DNA of 32,000 nucleotides, from positions 1,170,001 through 1,202,000 of the forward strand of contig NZ_CP195536.1 in the NCBI RefSeq assembly GCF_051307035.1. Reading direction: 5' to 3'. Made by a program: the position numbers and the translations under genes. This DNA comes from Psychrobacter sp. DM4 (GTDB lineage Bacteria; Pseudomonadota; Gammaproteobacteria; Pseudomonadales; Moraxellaceae). The notes under the pieces are model-generated. The model did no database searches. It was not told where the DNA came from and saw only the letters and a program-made list of their open reading frames with translations. Positions 27,675-32,000 of the stretch are shown here, in pieces (position 1 is the first letter of the stretch; the number at the start of each line of letters is the position of its first letter).

Positions 27675-29973
27675 ATTATTTAATGATGTGATCGACAGGC
27701 AAGTGTTGAACAAGCTTATCCCAATAGGTTCACCACATCACATACAAATGCGTCAGCTCGTGATGGATGTAATCAGTCTGTTGCCAGATGATGATATTGA
27801 TTTACTACCCTCAACACTAGAGTCTAATATTGCAGACTTTACTGGCATAGACTGCACTGAGGTAATGACGCAAATCATTCGGGAAGGTAAAACTGGAGAG
27901 TGGGCGGTCAGCTATATGCTCATTGTCTTTTATCAGGAGTATGGTGCGATAGACGTTAAGAGTAATGCTTGGCGGTTTATGAGCGGCTACTTAAAAGTGA
28001 TATTTATGATCACAGCACGCCATGATAAACACTTTGCTAAAATAGATAAGCTTGGTGTGCGTGTTCGTATGGCCCTAAGACCTTCTGATCCACAACGTGG
28101 CATTCTCGACCAGTTAATTAGCATTCACGATCAGTGCGATAGCTTGTCCTCATGCTTATCTTATATCAGACAATATGAAGCGAGCGTTAAACAGAAAGAG
28201 GCAACAGGTAAAACAGCGAACCAATATCTTGGTAGTAAAATCGGTCAAATCAGGCTGGCTTATGAGGTAGCAATTAATAATAAAACCTTTATTGGCAAAA
28301 CTTATACTGGGAGCACCAAACGCGTAAAGTCGGCTCAAACCGTCATCAAGACAGTGGTGAGTACTGACAATGAGCCACTACAAAGTATTGTGTTTGGTAC
28401 GAAACAATCAAACAAGCAAAGTAACGTGGCAATCGCTGAAAATATTGCTGATGACGACGAAGTACCTTTGCTAGACAATGACTTTAAGCCAGCCACACAA
28501 ATTGCTAAATCTTCTGAGCTACAGCAGTGGCGATTAAAGAACAACCACCAACACGCCCGCCGTAATCAGTTTCATTTCCCAACCAATCATCGTCAGCTAA
28601 GCATTACCGGATATCAGATGCTATTTGCCACGCTTTGGCAACGCTTTATGAGTGTTGATAAAGAGGGAGGCACTGGGTATGCCGTTTTAATACTATCACT
28701 GTTAAGCGGTCTTAGTATTGATAGCATCATTGCTGATTGGCAATGCAGTCGCAGTCAACGGAAGTATTTCGTCTATGACCGTGTCCGTAAAGTTAGTAGC
28801 ATTGCCATCACGATTGATGTGACGACCAATACTCGAAGTCATCTTCTTGCCCACAGACAAAGTTATGGCAGTACCTTTTATCGTGCAATTCCTGAAGCTT
28901 TACAAGTTATGCTTGAGGATAAAATTACCGTTTCATCCGATACTGTTAAAGACGCTATCTCTTATGCTAAAGATCTGCTTAACCTACCAGCACTGAGTCC
29001 GCAGTATATTGAAGTAGGCCTATTTATCCTCATCAAAAACGAGCTTAATAAGCCCTTATATGCTGACCTGATCACAGGTGTTGATGTACGGCATAGCTCT
29101 TCGCTGTATTACCTTAGCACTAAAACGGTAGAGCTAGAGCAAACTTATCTAAAAGCGGTACAGCTGATAACTGAATATTGCAATGATGAGCAAAAAGCAC
29201 TTTTAATAGATGAGTGTAGCGTACCGATGAACGGGCATAGAAGCCACATTGGTAGTGATATGGCACTAAAGACCACAATGTGCCAGCAGTTCTTTAATCA
29301 ACTGGCTGTCAGTGCCGAGAGCTTTAATGGCAAGCTAAAATCCAACATGGATCGCTATATTACGCAGTTTAATAGCTATAGCATTTGGCTATGGCATATT
29401 GTTATGATCCAAACGGGTATCCGGCCAGTCAAGCACGCACCAGGCTTGCTACACCAGTTTGACTTTAAGCGGCGCATGTTATGGGTATCGGACAAAGAAG
29501 AGCGTCATGCGCAATCTGATGGCAGGCTCATTCCTCTTAGCAAGTTTTTGATAACGGCTATAAAAAACTATATGACTTATATTGAGCAATTTGCCGCTAT
29601 CTATAATCCATTATGTCCAGCAGCGCCTTATCCCATCAATGCCATCTTGCAATCAGAACAACCCCTCATTCAAATTTACCAAAAAAACCCAAAAGGCTTC
29701 GCCAGTATTACGCCAAGCCGAGTCCGTTATCAGTTGCAAGACTTTTTTAGTCATCAGGATAATTGGCTGCGTCATCAGCTGAGATCCATGCTTACAGGGC
29801 GCGTACCTGACTATCTAATTTGCGCGCTTTACGGTCACGAGCATCCTGATCAGGAGTTCATGCACCCGATGTCATCAAGCTCTATCAATCAGCTGCACCA
29901 GCTCAGCCCTCATTTAGATGCGATCGCTACAGATCTTCACTTAAAACAAATTGAGGTTCGTCTATATGGATAA
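27661..29973 (+). CDS. Large tyrosine-recombinase-like protein (770 aa)
   Basis: C-terminal catalytic-domain blocks: IQTGIRPVKH (box I Arg), RLIPLSK, LRHQLRSML (HxxR) and ALYGHEH (His/Trp III). The position expected for the Tyr nucleophile reads EFMHP. Confidence 0.6.
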   Translation: MGHTKLFNDVIDRQVLNKLIPIGSPHHIQMRQLVMDVISLLPDDDIDLLPSTLESNIADFTGIDCTEVMTQIIREGKTGEWAVSYMLIVFYQEYGAIDVKSNAWRFMSGYLKVIFMITARHDKHFAKIDKLGVRVRMALRPSDPQRGILDQLISIHDQCDSLSSCLSYIRQYEASVKQKEATGKTANQYLGSKIGQIRLAYEVAINNKTFIGKTYTGSTKRVKSAQTVIKTVVSTDNEPLQSIVFGTKQSNKQSNVAIAENIADDDEVPLLDNDFKPATQIAKSSELQQWRLKNNHQHARRNQFHFPTNHRQLSITGYQMLFATLWQRFMSVDKEGGTGYAVLILSLLSGLSIDSIIADWQCSRSQRKYFVYDRVRKVSSIAITIDVTTNTRSHLLAHRQSYGSTFYRAIPEALQVMLEDKITVSSDTVKDAISYAKDLLNLPALSPQYIEVGLFILIKNELNKPLYADLITGVDVRHSSSLYYLSTKTVELEQTYLKAVQLITEYCNDEQKALLIDECSVPMNGHRSHIGSDMALKTTMCQQFFNQLAVSAESFNGKLKSNMDRYITQFNSYSIWLWHIVMIQTGIRPVKHAPGLLHQFDFKRRMLWVSDKEERHAQSDGRLIPLSKFLITAIKNYMTYIEQFAAIYNPLCPAAPYPINAILQSEQPLIQIYQKNPKGFASITPSRVRYQLQDFFSHQDNWLRHQLRSMLTGRVPDYLICALYGHEHPDQEFMHPMSSSSINQLHQLSPHLDAIATDLHLKQIEVRLYG

Positions 29974-32000
29974 TATAAGTGCTCATAAACTGCGACAGCT
30001 TAATAGAGAAGAATCCAAAAAAAGTGTTAAGCATGACGCTAAAAAATTAATCGAAGAATATATCAATCAAAATTCTATGCAGCCGCCTTGTGAGCTGCAG
30101 TATCATTATTCAGCAATTAACCAGTTGCTAGAAGGGACGTTCGACACCGCTCAAAACTTCCAATTGGCTCGGCGTGGGTTTTTAGAGTTTGTTCGTGATT
30201 ATAATAAAACGCATCAGATATATCTTAATGAGCCTGTGGTACCGATACTGGCAACTCGTGAGCGCTTGACCATTAACTATGATTGGTTTGTGAATGGACG
30301 TGCTGTGGCAGACAGTAGTACGACAATGATAGAGGTTTGGCAACGAAAACGGCGTTTCTCAGTAAACGACTTGGTTGAAGGGGTGTTGTATTGCAGCATC
30401 ATGTATGGTGGTATTAATGACATTGAGGTACTAAGAGCGTTATACGATTGGCTGTTTGGTGAGCGTCAGATGTATCAGATTGACATGCCAGCGACTGATG
30501 AAAAAAGTAGGGCAGAGTCAGTGGCTGTGATACCGCTTAGAGTGCGTGATGATAATTATGGCTGCGCGGCTGATGACAGTGAAAGCTTACACCGTTTTGT
30601 TGATTATATTCCTGATGATATGAGCTTGTGTTTTTTATATGCTCTAAAGGATAAAGAGTTAAACACGGCCAAGATAAAGTCATTTAATACCATAATTAAC
30701 GATATTTCAAAAACGCTTAAGCTCACCAATAAAGATAGTGAGCGCCCGCAGCACTCATTGCTTATCAAATATGCCAACTATCACTGGCGGCAAATAGAAG
30801 GTAGCCTGATTGATGGTGCGCTTACTGTGGTAAAACAAGGTGGTCTCAAAACCACGGGGCTATCGACTGATAAGCTTATCCATTATAACCGAGAGGACAT
30901 TAAGTCAAATCCTGTACCACTAACGTGGTCTGAACTGTTTAATGCCAGCTATCCATCACCAATAAAGTCGAATAGCCAAGGCGGTACCATAAACTACCCT
31001 AGTTTTAGTAAAAATCTGATCAAAGAAGTTCAAGAGGTACTTAAATCAACCAGAAATGACGCTATTTCCACTATCACAATATTAAAAACAGTCGCTAGCC
31101 AGCCCAATGCGAAGCGTTTGCTTAGTTGGGCGTTATCGCTGCTTGATGATCATAGCATTCGGCTTAATACCATCAGTAAATACATCGGCTGCATTGGTCG
31201 CGACTGGCTAATGCTAACAATGGATGAGGAAATTAATCAATGGGAGGGTGATGATTTTGAGGAAATCTATGAGCAAATTATTCAAAGTAAGGTTAAAGAT
31301 GGTCGGAAAAATTCAATCTTAAATAAATCATCTGAATTTAACCGGAGTACTGATGATACAGAAGATGAAGCCAACACACTAGTCGATTCTATTGAACAGA
31401 AAGCAGAGCGAAATACTTCTACGCTAGATCATTTAAAGGATAACCAAAAATTCACTTATGGTCGTCTGCGAGCATTTCATGATTATCAGCGGGCGCGTTT
31501 CGATGCACCTTATGTGTATTTTCCATGGGGCAATAACCGGCAAGTGGTTAAAGCCGAAATGGTGTCACCGCGTGTATACCAAGCAATGCAAAATTATATT
31601 AAAACATCAGAGTTAGAGGTTGAGCAACAGCAGCTATGCCTAATTGTTTTGGCACTTGCTTATCGGACTGGTATGCGTATTAACGAGATCATTGGTATTA
31701 AGGTCGGCGATATTGCAGATATAAGCAGTATCAATGGCTATGTCATTGAGAACCCTAAAATTATCCTCAGACCTAACCATTATCGCAGACTTAAAAGCAG
31801 CAGCGCTAAACGAGTGATACCGATAGATAGCTTGCTGAAAGCAGATGAGCTAAAGCAAGTTATTTCGTATTATCATCAGCAGCGTAGACTAAAAAGAAAG
31901 TATTTATTTTCGCAAGGTTCAGGTGATCAACCACTGCCGCCTGTGTTTTTTAGTAATATGATGAAGATAATTTGGGATCACTTATTAAGCAATCATAGCT
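29966..32000 (+). CDS. Second large tyrosine recombinase/integrase, 3' end outside the window (at least 678 aa)
   Basis: ATG 29966 overlaps the upstream stop (ATGGATAA). I translated the frame by hand to nt 31999 with no stop. Box I-like LALAYRTGMRINEIIGIKVGDI and KRVIPIDS lie near the window end. It is absent from the ORF track only because it is open-ended. Confidence 0.7.
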   Translation, partial: MDNISAHKLRQLNREESKKSVKHDAKKLIEEYINQNSMQPPCELQYHYSAINQLLEGTFDTAQNFQLARRGFLEFVRDYNKTHQIYLNEPVVPILATRERLTINYDWFVNGRAVADSSTTMIEVWQRKRRFSVNDLVEGVLYCSIMYGGINDIEVLRALYDWLFGERQMYQIDMPATDEKSRAESVAVIPLRVRDDNYGCAADDSESLHRFVDYIPDDMSLCFLYALKDKELNTAKIKSFNTIINDISKTLKLTNKDSERPQHSLLIKYANYHWRQIEGSLIDGALTVVKQGGLKTTGLSTDKLIHYNREDIKSNPVPLTWSELFNASYPSPIKSNSQGGTINYPSFSKNLIKEVQEVLKSTRNDAISTITILKTVASQPNAKRLLSWALSLLDDHSIRLNTISKYIGCIGRDWLMLTMDEEINQWEGDDFEEIYEQIIQSKVKDGRKNSILNKSSEFNRSTDDTEDEANTLVDSIEQKAERNTSTLDHLKDNQKFTYGRLRAFHDYQRARFDAPYVYFPWGNNRQVVKAEMVSPRVYQAMQNYIKTSELEVEQQQLCLIVLALAYRTGMRINEIIGIKVGDIADISSINGYVIENPKIILRPNHYRRLKSSSAKRVIPIDSLLKADELKQVISYYHQQRRLKRKYLFSQGSGDQPLPPVFFSNMMKIIWDHLLSNHS

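Larger units (their letters stand above)
27105..32000 (+). mobile_element. Integration/excision module (small ORF plus two overlapping-coupled tyrosine recombinases) of an integrative element or genomic island
   Basis: Three translationally coupled genes follow a strong terminator and an AT-rich region with short palindromes (ATTGAT-TACAG-ATCAAT 26982-26998; TTATCT-AA-AGATAA 27006-27019). The element's ends are not identifiable within the window. Confidence 0.5.

Noticed and set aside
21079-29782. Other embedded ORFs: 21079-21357(+), 22719-22928(-), 24070-24276(-), 28156-28338(-), 28335-28544(-) and 29582-29782(+)
   Set aside because: Each lies inside a longer CDS with recognisable motifs. 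They have no start signals and are judged to be chance ORFs.
1-32000. Scan for CRISPR arrays, tRNA/rRNA genes and IS transposases
   Set aside because: No regularly spaced repeats were seen. No tRNA-like GGTTCGAATCC/T-loop contexts occur outside CDSs. No transposase-like ORFs are present; the only mobility genes are the tyrosine recombinases.

Overview
Almost every gene in this window is on the + strand. It reads as a defence or accessory island that ends in a tyrosine-recombinase module. The host is AT-leaning and Gram-negative-like; a guess of Moraxellaceae-type gammaproteobacterium from codon usage is low confidence.

(1) nt 1-20440 is a class 1 DISARM-like locus. It has an SNF2 helicase C-terminus (DrmD-like), a 1659-aa N6-adenine methyltransferase with an NPPW motif (DrmMI-like), and a 2160-aa DExH helicase fused to DUF1998/Zn-ribbon modules (DrmA+DrmB-like, or DruE-like). 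A UvrD-like SF1 helicase with a RelE/ParE-like N-terminus sits where the PLD gene DrmC would be expected. No PLD gene is present.

(2) A lower-GC cassette (about 6260-11760) is nested between the methyltransferase and the DUF1998 helicase. It encodes a 225-aa unknown protein, a bacterial dynamin-like GTPase, a 304-aa coiled-coil protein and a patatin-like phospholipase. The last three are translationally coupled and have their own terminator. This is my best candidate for an undescribed defence system.

(3) The methyltransferase is compositionally mosaic: about 1.5 kb of low-GC sequence rich in AGA/AGG codons begins right after NPPW, consistent with a swapped specificity domain.

(4) Downstream lie a helicase motif-VI remnant, a CoiA-like nuclease, and a PP2C phosphatase / WYL regulator / PD-(D/E)XK nuclease / FtsZ-C-terminal-like cluster. 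After these come a Cys-rich protein gene divergent from an XRE HTH gene, and a coupled operon of a small ORF plus two large tyrosine recombinases that runs off the 3' end.

I saw no rRNA, tRNA, CRISPR array or IS transposase. All domain calls come from motif reading by eye and need profile searches to confirm.
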